Positions 40,564 through 48,724 of a stretch of DNA of 64,000 nucleotides are shown one piece after another; the stretch's first letter is position 1; each line of letters starts with the position of its first letter. The stretch lies in sequence record NC_070936.1; one strand, given 5' to 3'. Below the pieces are notes generated by a model. The model had not been told where the DNA came from, ran no database searches, and saw only the letters and a program-made list of their open reading frames with translations. The position numbers were made by a program, and so were the translations under genes.

Positions 40564-41292
40564 AACCAAAGATTGTTTATCATGGGAGAAAGCCCAGCCA
40601 TTAACAATCTTCTTTCCATTAGATTTTAGAGCACGCCCTATCGATCTCCTAGATATTCCCAAGATTCCAGCACATTCATGGCTCGATTTGAATAACACGA
40701 GTTCAGTCCTGTCACTTATCTCAAGACCATAGAACATTTTACTTGTTCTGGTTCCGCTGTTATTAACTGAAAGTCCCTCTAATGTTATTTTCCATGTGTG
40801 GTCTAATAAAGTATCTTTATATTTATTGACAATCATTGTGCCTGAGACATTGGGAGTTCCAGCCCATCTTGATAGTTCTCGCAGAGAGTGTAGAGTGATG
40901 ACTTTTCCTGTCTTTACATTCTCTATCTTTATATGTTGGCTTGCTTTATTAAGTCCTGTCTTATATGCATGGAAGATGTTATCTGAATTGGTAGTCCATT
41001 CAAGATTGCTCTTAGTGCAGTCTAATTTATTACCATTAATGTGATTACAAGTTATTAGTTTGCAACCTTCTGGAAGATCTGGCCTTGGGCCATTAAATAT
41101 GGAACACACGGTGACATGAATAGTTATATAAGCCTGAACACCATAATCAGAGACGAGATTAACTGAACGATATCCATTACGGAGAAGGTCTTTCATTTTA
41201 AATTGGTCTTTCTTTCTCCTAACATCACCATTTTCATTTATCTCATAATTAGAGAACCCAGGTATGATTATCCAATTATCTTTATTATCCAT
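40495..41292 (-). CDS. free-standing HNH homing endonuclease (NUMOD4-HNH-NUMOD1-like) ending in an NrdB-like tail
   Basis: W..IPGFSNYEINENGDVRR (NUMOD4); NHINGNKLD..SNLEWTT..DN (HNH); FKSSHECAGILGISRRSI (NUMOD1-like); GAGG RBS before ATG 41292. Confidence 0.9.
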   Translation of the reverse strand: MDNKDNWIIIPGFSNYEINENGDVRRKKDQFKMKDLLRNGYRSVNLVSDYGVQAYITIHVTVCSIFNGPRPDLPEGCKLITCNHINGNKLDCTKSNLEWTTNSDNIFHAYKTGLNKASQHIKIENVKTGKVITLHSLRELSRWAGTPNVSGTMIVNKYKDTLLDHTWKITLEGLSVNNSGTRTSKMFYGLEISDRTELVLFKSSHECAGILGISRRSIGRALKSNGKKIVNGWAFSHDKQSLVSSYLVGQIDSNVAEGAFNDFEL

Positions 41293-41304
41293 GAATACCT
41301 CATG

Positions 41305-41332
41305 CCCCATTTACCCAATTGGGTAAATGGGG
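41305..41332 (-). promoter_or_regulatory. hairpin between nrdB and the HNH gene
   Basis: Perfect palindrome CCCCATTTACCC-AATT-GGGTAAATGGGG, 3 nt from the HNH RBS. Confidence 0.6.
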
Positions 41333-41343
41333 ATGTTGTTTAT

Positions 41344-42477
41344 TTACAGACTAAAATCCGCAAAGTCATCAGTGTCGACTGTTGAATCAATTTGCCCCAC
41401 AAGATAGGAGCTGATCTCAGCCTCCTGTGGGGCCACCTGAACGTTGTCAGACACCAACCAGGAGTTAATCCATGGGATTGGGTTAGTGGTAGTTGTAAAT
41501 GGCATACCGAGCCCGATAGCGTTCATACGGATGTTCGCAATGTATTCAACATACTGGCACAGGATCGGCTCTGACAGACCAATCATAGAACCATCTTTAA
41601 ACAGGTATGCTGCCCATTCTTTTTCTTGCTGTACAACTTCCAAGAACATGTCGATTGATTCTTGTTTGCATTCTTCAGCAATTTCAGCCATCTCTGGATC
41701 ATCAGCACCATTTGCAAACAGATTCAGGATATGCTGAGTGCCAGTAAGGTGGAGAGCCTCATCACGTGCGATGAGTTTGATGATCTTAGCATTACCTTCC
41801 ATCAGCTTACGTTCTGCGAATGCAAACGAGCAAGCGAATGATACATAGAAACGAATAGCTTCCAGGGCGTTAACTGATTGAATACACAGATAAAGCGCTT
41901 TCTTAATCTCACGCAGGGTAACGACAACACGTTTACCATTAACAGTGTGAGTACCTTCACCCAGGTAATAATACTGCTGGGTTAAAGCAATCAGTTTATC
42001 GTAGTAACGGGACACCGCACCAGCACGACGGGTGATGTGTTCGTTATCCACAACATCTTCAAACACGATAGAAGGATCGTTAACGATGTTACGGATGATG
42101 TGGGTATAGGAACGAGAGTGAATCGTTTCTGAGAAGCCCCAGGTCTCTGCCCATGTTTCCAGTTCTGGAATACTGATAATCGGAAGGAAGGCTACGTTAG
42201 GCCCACGACCCTGTACGGAATCCAGAAGCGTCTGATATTTGAGGTTACTGATGAAGATATGCTTTTCATGTTCCGGAAGGTTCATGTAGTCAATACGGTC
42301 ACGAGTAACGTCAACTTCTTCAGGACGCCAGAAGAAAGACAGTTGCTTTTCAATAAGCTTTTCAAAGATACCGTGCTTTTGTTGGTCATAACGAGAAACG
42401 TTAACGTTCTGACCCATGAACATGTGTTCTAACAGTTGGTTGTTTTTATTTTGGTTAAAAGTTGAATAGCCGGACAT
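41344..42477 (-). CDS. nrdB: ribonucleotide reductase class Ia beta subunit
   Basis: [58 protein letters not shown]; start at ATG 42477 after GGAG. Confidence 0.97.
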   Translation of the reverse strand: MSGYSTFNQNKNNQLLEHMFMGQNVNVSRYDQQKHGIFEKLIEKQLSFFWRPEEVDVTRDRIDYMNLPEHEKHIFISNLKYQTLLDSVQGRGPNVAFLPIISIPELETWAETWGFSETIHSRSYTHIIRNIVNDPSIVFEDVVDNEHITRRAGAVSRYYDKLIALTQQYYYLGEGTHTVNGKRVVVTLREIKKALYLCIQSVNALEAIRFYVSFACSFAFAERKLMEGNAKIIKLIARDEALHLTGTQHILNLFANGADDPEMAEIAEECKQESIDMFLEVVQQEKEWAAYLFKDGSMIGLSEPILCQYVEYIANIRMNAIGLGMPFTTTTNPIPWINSWLVSDNVQVAPQEAEISSYLVGQIDSTVDTDDFADFSL

Positions 42478-42701
42478 GTTTAACTCCAAGTAAGATTTGT
42501 TTAAGATGTTTGCACTTAGCTAATAATTATTACTCGGATAAAAGATTAAAGTTAGGCTAAAATAAATTCTTAATGAAAGACACTATCATACGTTAACTTA
42601 AACATGTTTTCACCGAAAGGTGGGAGGGAAAGGGTGGATATGTTTATATAGCGATTACGTAGTAATCATCCTTTAAAGTCTTTGGCCTTTGGTTCCAAAT
42701 C

Positions 42702-42727
42702 TTTTCAGGTAGATATTATTAAAGTGA
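42702..42727 (+). promoter_or_regulatory. putative phage early promoter
   Basis: TTTTCAGGTAGATATTATTAAAGTGA. Confidence 0.55.
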
Positions 42728-42780
42728 AGTTAGTACCTTAATTTAAATTTGTTGTGTGTTAAACTTTTGAAGGATTTAAA

Positions 42781-43635
42781 ATGAAAACTATTTTAGCTAT
42801 TGTAATTATGCTGTTTTCTCTTTCTTCTTTTGCTGAGGTTGATTACAGTAAAGAAGCGATGGATGCTCGTTGTGGTGATGGCCAGGAAATGATCTATTGG
42901 AATAAGATCGCTAAGACAGGTGCCGAAGTTAAAGTGTGCTTGAATGGGGATATGGTTTCTGGTGGCTTCTATATGCCTGATGGTGATGATATGGTTTACA
43001 CCTCACCATTGATACTAACCCATGTTCAAGTAACCAAAGACTATGAAGCAGTGATCGTTCAGAACTTACCTATGGCTTTCCGCTTCCAGCATAAGTATGA
43101 TGGTCGTGCTGATTATGCATACTTATTCGACATGGGTACAGAATCTGAAAACTCCCGACCTGTTGCTCTGGATCCTACCTTAGCGTATTCTAATATCATT
43201 GGACTGCGTGAAGCTAAACGTGGAACCTTCAGTATCGACCCTGTAAAGCCTGTAGAGAAGAAAGTTAAGACTACCCAGGAGAATACTCAGATCAAAACTT
43301 CTGATGCGGTAGGTGATCGCTGTGCTCCTGGTGATATCGTATTCTACGGTAAAACTGTGAAGGGTAATAAAGAAGTACTGGTTTGTCGTTGGAATGATAA
43401 TGTCTTTTATCGCTTTGGTAAAATCGGTAAGAAACCAGATATGGATTTAAAAGAAGACATTTCTAATATTGGTGTTGCTAACGAACTGGTCAGCATTCCA
43501 AATGGAGATGTTTATTATCACACTGGTTATGAGGATGGGCGTGAAGTTCTGATTGTTTCCCGCGGTAAAGACACATTAGCAACGATCGATCTTGATCAAC
43601 GCAGTGTTGTAAATAATATCAAAGCTTTATTCTAA
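42781..43635 (+). CDS. secreted protein with internally duplicated Cys-containing domain
   Basis: Signal peptide ending SSFA; RCGDGQEMIY..K.....EVKVC and RCAPGDIVFYGK.....EVLVC. Confidence 0.75.
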   Translation: MKTILAIVIMLFSLSSFAEVDYSKEAMDARCGDGQEMIYWNKIAKTGAEVKVCLNGDMVSGGFYMPDGDDMVYTSPLILTHVQVTKDYEAVIVQNLPMAFRFQHKYDGRADYAYLFDMGTESENSRPVALDPTLAYSNIIGLREAKRGTFSIDPVKPVEKKVKTTQENTQIKTSDAVGDRCAPGDIVFYGKTVKGNKEVLVCRWNDNVFYRFGKIGKKPDMDLKEDISNIGVANELVSIPNGDVYYHTGYEDGREVLIVSRGKDTLATIDLDQRSVVNNIKALF

Positions 43636-43643
43636 CATACTGA

Positions 43644-43672
43644 CTGAGTGTACCCTTAAAGGGTACACTCAG
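43644..43672 (+). terminator. intrinsic terminator
   Basis: CTGAGTGTACCC-TTAAA-GGGTACACTCAG. Confidence 0.8.
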
Positions 43673-43719
43673 CTTTATATTCTATTTTCTTTTTTGTTTC
43701 TGAGTTCATCTGCATTTCA

Positions 43720-43744
43720 TTTTAAACCGATATTATTAACGTGA
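43720..43744 (+). promoter_or_regulatory. putative phage early promoter
   Basis: TTTTAAACCGATATTATTAACGTGA. Confidence 0.5.
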
Positions 43745-43789
43745 GTACTACGAGTACAATTTTTATAATACTTATAGGGGATTATAACG

Positions 43790-44416
43790 ATGGATCGAAA
43801 GCAAGTTTTAGTTAATATGCTCAACAAAGATCGTGCAGAAACAGTTAAACTCCTTAAAGAAAGGAAAGCTTCCGGGAATCTAATTGTTAATCCAAAGAAA
43901 GACAATTTAGGTAATGGGAAGTGGAAACGTATCGGCATCGTTACAGCAATTGCTGGGATCGTCTTTTGTGTGGGTGCCATACTTTATAAGAAAAATCAGT
44001 TTGATGGGATCGTTTCCGATATCACCAAGTCTCGTCAAGACAGGGGTGAGGGGACTGGCGGTTCAGTTATTACTGAATCTTTAAATACCTTATCTGAAGG
44101 CGAAGGTATGAAAGCCGGGATAGATGATATAGTTTATTCCGGGATAAAGGGTTTAGCTGTAGGCTCTGCCGTTGGCCTGAGCGCTGCGCTAGCAAGCGAT
44201 GGTGTTCGTGAATTAATGGGTGATGTAAAGAATATTACCTATTCTGATATTAAAGACATCAATATTGAAATTGTGGAGCGTGAATTCAGTAAATACCGCA
44301 CTTACATTATCAATAAGTATCGTCAGTTATGTAAAGAAGATTTACCTACGTTTACCGAACTAGAAGAAGGTATTAAGAAGCTTTCTTCTAAACCTATCTT
44401 ATTCACTAATTTATAA
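43790..44416 (+). CDS. membrane-associated hypothetical protein
   Basis: TM segment IGIVTAIAGIVFCVGAILY and a second Gly/Ala-rich hydrophobic segment. Confidence 0.7.
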   Translation: MDRKQVLVNMLNKDRAETVKLLKERKASGNLIVNPKKDNLGNGKWKRIGIVTAIAGIVFCVGAILYKKNQFDGIVSDITKSRQDRGEGTGGSVITESLNTLSEGEGMKAGIDDIVYSGIKGLAVGSAVGLSAALASDGVRELMGDVKNITYSDIKDINIEIVEREFSKYRTYIINKYRQLCKEDLPTFTELEEGIKKLSSKPILFTNL

Positions 44417-44431
44417 TAGAGAGATTCAATT

Positions 44432-44827
44432 ATGTTTAAATCTATTTGGAAAACTATTGTTAATGCAATCAAGGTTGCTAAAGCATTCATTACTGGCAAT
44501 GTCTGTAAAAACATGTCTAGCCCAGTAGTTAACTCTCGCGAAGATATGATTGTTGTCAATAAAGGCGACAAGCTTAAACTTCTGCCATGGTTATTAGGTC
44601 TGTATCGTAATAATGATTTTGATTCTAGCTATGCGTATGGCAAAGAGTTGAAAAAGAGAATGAGCATCGATATTGCTAGTTGCATGGCCACTGGTGTAAT
44701 CTGGTTCGCTGGGATGATGTTTAACCTCCCATTTAATACTGTTATCTTTATCATCATTTATGCTGCTAACTTGGCAAGATTGATGGTTCGTAATATGAAA
44801 TTGGCTCAAGCTGCTATTGATGCTTAA
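44432..44827 (+). CDS. membrane protein
   Basis: ATAGAGAGA leader; two C-terminal hydrophobic segments. Confidence 0.7.
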   Translation: MFKSIWKTIVNAIKVAKAFITGNVCKNMSSPVVNSREDMIVVNKGDKLKLLPWLLGLYRNNDFDSSYAYGKELKKRMSIDIASCMATGVIWFAGMMFNLPFNTVIFIIIYAANLARLMVRNMKLAQAAIDA

Positions 44828-45055
44828 TTTCTATATTACACTAGGTACATGTAGTACAAGAAGGAAAGTTATATGAAGTATTAAAGTCCGCTATCACTAG
44901 ACGATAGCACAAACTAATATTATCAAACTTATTGAGGAATCTAGAACCGGTTTACTAACTGGTAGAATATTTTATCTTTTTCTTATTTAGTATTTATGGA
45001 TTAATATCCATAAGGGTGTTAAGCTTTAAATATTAACCACTATCAAGGATCTTAA

Positions 45056-45331
45056 ATGAAAGCATTATCTTACATTATACTTATCGGGATTATTGTCCTC
45101 CTTTATTCCGTTATGTGGAACCCAGGAGAAAGTGAGACCAGGGTACTTGAAGATCAAGGTTTGACTGAGGTACATGTTGATACCTTGAGTTTCTTTGGTT
45201 GTCCTGATGATCAGTATGGTTACAAGTTCGAAGCCACCAACCAAGCCGGTAAGAATGTGAAAGGGGTGATGTGTAAAAAACGGTGTATTCTTCGGTTCTT
45301 GGAATATCCGTTACTTCTAACGATCCTTTGA
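45056..45331 (+). CDS. small membrane-anchored protein (paralog family)
   Basis: AAGGA RBS; N-terminal TM; VLEDQG...FFGC....YKFEATNQAG.NVKGVMC. Confidence 0.7.
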   Translation: MKALSYIILIGIIVLLYSVMWNPGESETRVLEDQGLTEVHVDTLSFFGCPDDQYGYKFEATNQAGKNVKGVMCKKRCILRFLEYPLLLTIL

Positions 45332-45351
45332 CCCAAACAAAGGAGTTTATA

Positions 45352-45639
45352 ATGAAAAGATTAGGAGCACTTGCATTTGTAATAGCATTAACTTTACCTA
45401 CCGCAGCCATTGCTGAATTACACGGTTCTATCTTCTTTAGAGGAGAGATCGTAGAAGTCCCATGCTCTGGTGTCAATAATAACACCTCTGCATTGGTACA
45501 ATGTAATCGAAAAGGCGAAAGTCCTAAAACCTTGAATATCAATCTTACTTCTACCAAAGATCAGTATATCGATGGTGTTAAAGTAAATTCTGATAACATC
45601 GGTAAGGGACTGTATACTGTAACTTTAACCATCGCATAA
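45352..45639 (+). CDS. secreted fimbrial/pilin-like protein
   Basis: AAGGAG RBS; signal peptide ending AIA; GSIFFRGEIVEVPC resembles chaperone-usher pilin G.I.F.G.I...PC. Confidence 0.65.
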   Translation: MKRLGALAFVIALTLPTAAIAELHGSIFFRGEIVEVPCSGVNNNTSALVQCNRKGESPKTLNINLTSTKDQYIDGVKVNSDNIGKGLYTVTLTIA

Positions 45640-45644
45640 ATCAA

Positions 45645-45672
45645 AGAGAGGCTTCCGAAAGGAGGTCTCTCT
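45645..45672 (+). terminator. intrinsic terminator
   Basis: AGAGAGGCTTCC-GAAA-GGAGGTCTCTCT followed by T tract. Confidence 0.8.
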
Positions 45673-45722
45673 CTTTTTGTACCTGAACATAAATAAATTG
45701 AAATCACTTAAGGAGTATAGAA

Positions 45723-46124
45723 ATGAAAGTAACTGTAGATTTAACCGCACCTGAATCTCACCCTACCTCTAAATTACCTAAAGCTTTGCGTGAGTTCTGG
45801 TATTTCAAAGATGGTGAAGAACTTCGCCGTTTGATCGACTATACTGGTTGCCCTAATACCGGTTGCCAACATGCACTCCGTGTTTGGGGCGAGCGCGCTG
45901 ATGTTACTGCATGGTTGGATTTGTTCCAAGAAACCTATCCCGAAACAGAGCCAGAGATCATGCTGATTAAAAGTAAGATTCGTCTAGCTTTCGTGCACGG
46001 CACTGGTTTGAATAAGCTGGGTGGGTTGACTGTTGATCTTAAAACCATTACCCGTCAGGTTGGGTATAATGGCGAGATCCTGACCCGCCCTTACTTCTGG
46101 GCCCCATTCTGGGAAGAACGTTAA
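45723..46124 (+). CDS. hypothetical protein
   Basis: TAAGGAG RBS. Confidence 0.75.
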   Translation: MKVTVDLTAPESHPTSKLPKALREFWYFKDGEELRRLIDYTGCPNTGCQHALRVWGERADVTAWLDLFQETYPETEPEIMLIKSKIRLAFVHGTGLNKLGGLTVDLKTITRQVGYNGEILTRPYFWAPFWEER

Positions 46125-46125
46125 T

Positions 46126-46410
46126 ATGGAATTCTTAAAAGACTTCTGTAGTCTTCGCCATGGCGATATAATGGATAAAGGTATGTTCTACCTTATCGTG
46201 ATCGTATTTTTACTTATATTGGCATTACCATTTATTATCATACATGATAAGATGGAAATGACTGATGCAAATTGTATTAAGACCACTCAATCCAGAGAAA
46301 ACTCTCATATTCAGTTTATCTATGGTGACAAAGGTCAGATCATAAGTGCATACCCTGTCACCACAACTGAATATCTATATACCTGCGACGATTACCCAAG
46401 GTGGCGTTAA
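46126..46410 (+). CDS. membrane-anchored protein
   Basis: Strong TM segment then C..T...R...Y.CDD; start could be internal ATG 46171. Confidence 0.65.
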   Translation: MEFLKDFCSLRHGDIMDKGMFYLIVIVFLLILALPFIIIHDKMEMTDANCIKTTQSRENSHIQFIYGDKGQIISAYPVTTTEYLYTCDDYPRWR

Positions 46411-46411
46411 A

Positions 46412-46831
46412 GTGAAAAAGCAATTACATGTTAATGAAGTCATTGACAGACTTCGTGGTCCTGATGAGATTGTACCTGTTTCTATTAACTTTGAGGACGT
46501 CCTTAGTTATAAGGATTGTACTTATGGTGATGAAACTTCCATTGGTAAAACTTACATTAGGGTAATCAGCAGTGAACGTGGTTACTTAGTAACTGAAAAC
46601 TATAATACCGTAAGAAAGATGATGGAAGATCTTCGTTTAGAAGATCTGCGTCCTTGTTACCGTGTTAAGATCGGCTACCAGGTTCATTACGTTCCTAAGA
46701 ACGAAGTTGAACATATTGCCATTGATGAAGAGAACTCACATACAACTTTGATTCTCAAATCTGGCGATAAGATCAAGACTAATCAGACCATGATCGAACT
46801 TCGTGAATCCGCAATTGAAATCCCATTTTAA
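46412..46831 (+). CDS. hypothetical protein
   Basis: GTG 46412 after AAGGTGG; two similar halves ending in VTENY/IKTNQ motifs. Confidence 0.65.
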   Translation: MKKQLHVNEVIDRLRGPDEIVPVSINFEDVLSYKDCTYGDETSIGKTYIRVISSERGYLVTENYNTVRKMMEDLRLEDLRPCYRVKIGYQVHYVPKNEVEHIAIDEENSHTTLILKSGDKIKTNQTMIELRESAIEIPF

Positions 46832-46841
46832 AGGTTAAGAA

Positions 46842-47006
46842 ATGAAACAGACTAAAGGTGTTACTCGCCGAGATCTTATTGCTTTCTTCGCAGGTAGTGC
46901 CTTTAGTCCAAAGGCAAAGATCGAAGATTTAATAATTGATACCGTATTAGGTAAACAAGCTAGCACATTAATCAACTTTAGAAAGAGGTTCTTAAATGGA
47001 AAGTAA
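46842..47006 (+). CDS. 54-aa small protein not in the ORF track
   Basis: Fills the gap between neighbours; AAGGT RBS; MKQTKGVTRRDLIAFFAGSAF... Confidence 0.5.
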   Translation: MKQTKGVTRRDLIAFFAGSAFSPKAKIEDLIIDTVLGKQASTLINFRKRFLNGK

Positions 47007-47766
47007 AAACAAAGACTGGTTCAAATACGATACTTACTGGCGCCAATGGTCCCGTGTAATTTGTCGTGGTGGTGGAAACTATGATCACGAGATCAGTATT
47101 CCGCTGACCCCTATTAATGATGAAGCAAGTGAATGGTCTCAACTGTCAGAGATCCGCATACACCGCTTCGATGTTCGTTATGCTGCATTCCGCGATAAGA
47201 ATAAGTACACTCACGTACTTCCTGATTCGGTGGTGGAGAAAATGAAGGCTAACTTATCTGCTAATAAAATAGAAGTCCTTCTTCATTCAAACATCCTTCC
47301 GTTAATCGATTGGGATAAGTACATCGAACTGGGTGATTCTGAAATGTCGATAATCCATTGTTCTATGGAACAGACAGGTTTCTTTAACCAGTTGTATGCT
47401 GGAAGTAATTCGAAGGAAACCTTCCCAACTGCGGAACAGTTTAAACGTGAGTATGGAATCCATATTCCGGAAGACCACATTCTCTTAGGTGGGATTTATC
47501 ACCAACATGGTGATGATCATGTACGTTGTCATGGTGTTCATGATCTAGCCAATAACACTATTTCTTTTGAAGTATTGTTGGATGGTAAAGATTATACTAT
47601 AGCAACTCGTTTCTCAGGTCGTTTGGGCGATATCGAATCAACCTGGGATATGAAGTTATTGAACTTTATGCAATCATCCCCCTATATCAAAATAGAAACT
47701 TTTGATGCAGTATTGCAGATGGTTGCTAAAACAAATAACAATCTCAACGTTTTCAAAAAGAACTAA
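46996..47766 (+). CDS. hypothetical protein
   Basis: 256-aa ORF, GAGG RBS. Confidence 0.75.
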   Translation: MESKNKDWFKYDTYWRQWSRVICRGGGNYDHEISIPLTPINDEASEWSQLSEIRIHRFDVRYAAFRDKNKYTHVLPDSVVEKMKANLSANKIEVLLHSNILPLIDWDKYIELGDSEMSIIHCSMEQTGFFNQLYAGSNSKETFPTAEQFKREYGIHIPEDHILLGGIYHQHGDDHVRCHGVHDLANNTISFEVLLDGKDYTIATRFSGRLGDIESTWDMKLLNFMQSSPYIKIETFDAVLQMVAKTNNNLNVFKKN

Positions 47767-47776
47767 GGAATTTAGA

Positions 47777-48196
47777 ATGCAACATTATTTCATGTCCTAC
47801 GGTATTCTGGTTAACTTTGGTGAAGACCACTTTATTCATCAGGCCGCTATCTTCCATAATAGCACCATCACCACTGATGAAATGGATCTGGGTTTCAACC
47901 TGAATACCAATCGTGTCTCACCTATGGAAGTTGAACATCAGATCAAAGAGATCTCTGAAGTAGTTGGTGATCGTAAACGTTCATCGATCTTTGATCCTGA
48001 GTCATGTGTCCGTAATCTGGACAACCTGAACTGGGCTGGGTTCACTTATATTCATAAAGAGCACGATCAAGATCAACCAGTCATCATGTTTATCAATGAT
48101 GATAAATACGTTGATCTCAGTAAGTGGAAAGAGATTTCTACTGAACGTGCTTTGGCAACCATTAACAAATTTGCAGAACCAAAGGAAGAAGAATAA
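47777..48196 (+). CDS. hypothetical protein
   Basis: TAAGGA RBS fixes start at 47777. Confidence 0.7.
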   Translation: MQHYFMSYGILVNFGEDHFIHQAAIFHNSTITTDEMDLGFNLNTNRVSPMEVEHQIKEISEVVGDRKRSSIFDPESCVRNLDNLNWAGFTYIHKEHDQDQPVIMFINDDKYVDLSKWKEISTERALATINKFAEPKEEE

Positions 48197-48654
48197 TGGA
48201 ACTCAAATTCTTATTCGGTAATACACACTTAGTTAAAATCAATCATGACGATGTCAAAGAGAATGCTGAAATAAAACCAGCTATTCTTTTAACCCGTAAG
48301 GTTGATATTGTTCAACACTCTGATATGGCTAACCGTACTCAGTTCATGGGTGTGACTAATGGTGGATTCGTTCGTCGTTTCCGTAAACCATCTGGTTCTA
48401 TCTGGTATGGTGAATCAGTGTCATGCCGTGTCAGCACTGATGAATCCATGGAAAAGGTTTACCGTGCTTTGGTTGAGCAGAACAACTACTGGTATTTCGA
48501 ATTCGAAATGTACGGTGAAAAACACGCTATCTTTATGGCTTGTCCAGAAGGTTATTATCCATGCTCTATCATCTCTGGTATTGAATGGAAACCGTGTGAT
48601 CATAAAGAAATGTATGACATCATTTCAGTAGAAGACGAAGCCAACTGCTGGTAA
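48196..48654 (+). CDS. hypothetical protein
   Basis: TAATG coupling. Confidence 0.7.
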   Translation: MELKFLFGNTHLVKINHDDVKENAEIKPAILLTRKVDIVQHSDMANRTQFMGVTNGGFVRRFRKPSGSIWYGESVSCRVSTDESMEKVYRALVEQNNYWYFEFEMYGEKHAIFMACPEGYYPCSIISGIEWKPCDHKEMYDIISVEDEANCW

Positions 48655-48674
48655 AAATTAAATACATGCATAAT

Positions 48675-48704
48675 CCCTACCTAGCCTTTGCGGGCTAGGT
48701 AGGG
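48675..48704. terminator. bidirectional terminator
   Basis: CCCTACCTAGCC-TTTGCG-GGCTAGGTAGGG between convergent genes. Confidence 0.85.
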
Positions 48705-48724
48705 TTAATAATGTTTAATTATTT

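Noticed and set aside
1096-41332. Perfect palindromes at 1096 and 41305 (both with AATT centre) as transposon ends or operator sites
   Set aside because: Arms differ in sequence, no transposase is nearby, and both sit just after stop codons as RNA hairpins do
40495-41343. Group I intron in nrdB containing the HNH ORF
   Set aside because: nrdB already has a complete C-terminus and stop upstream of the HNH gene, and no room or recognisable P/Q/R/S core is present; a free-standing element with end duplication fits better
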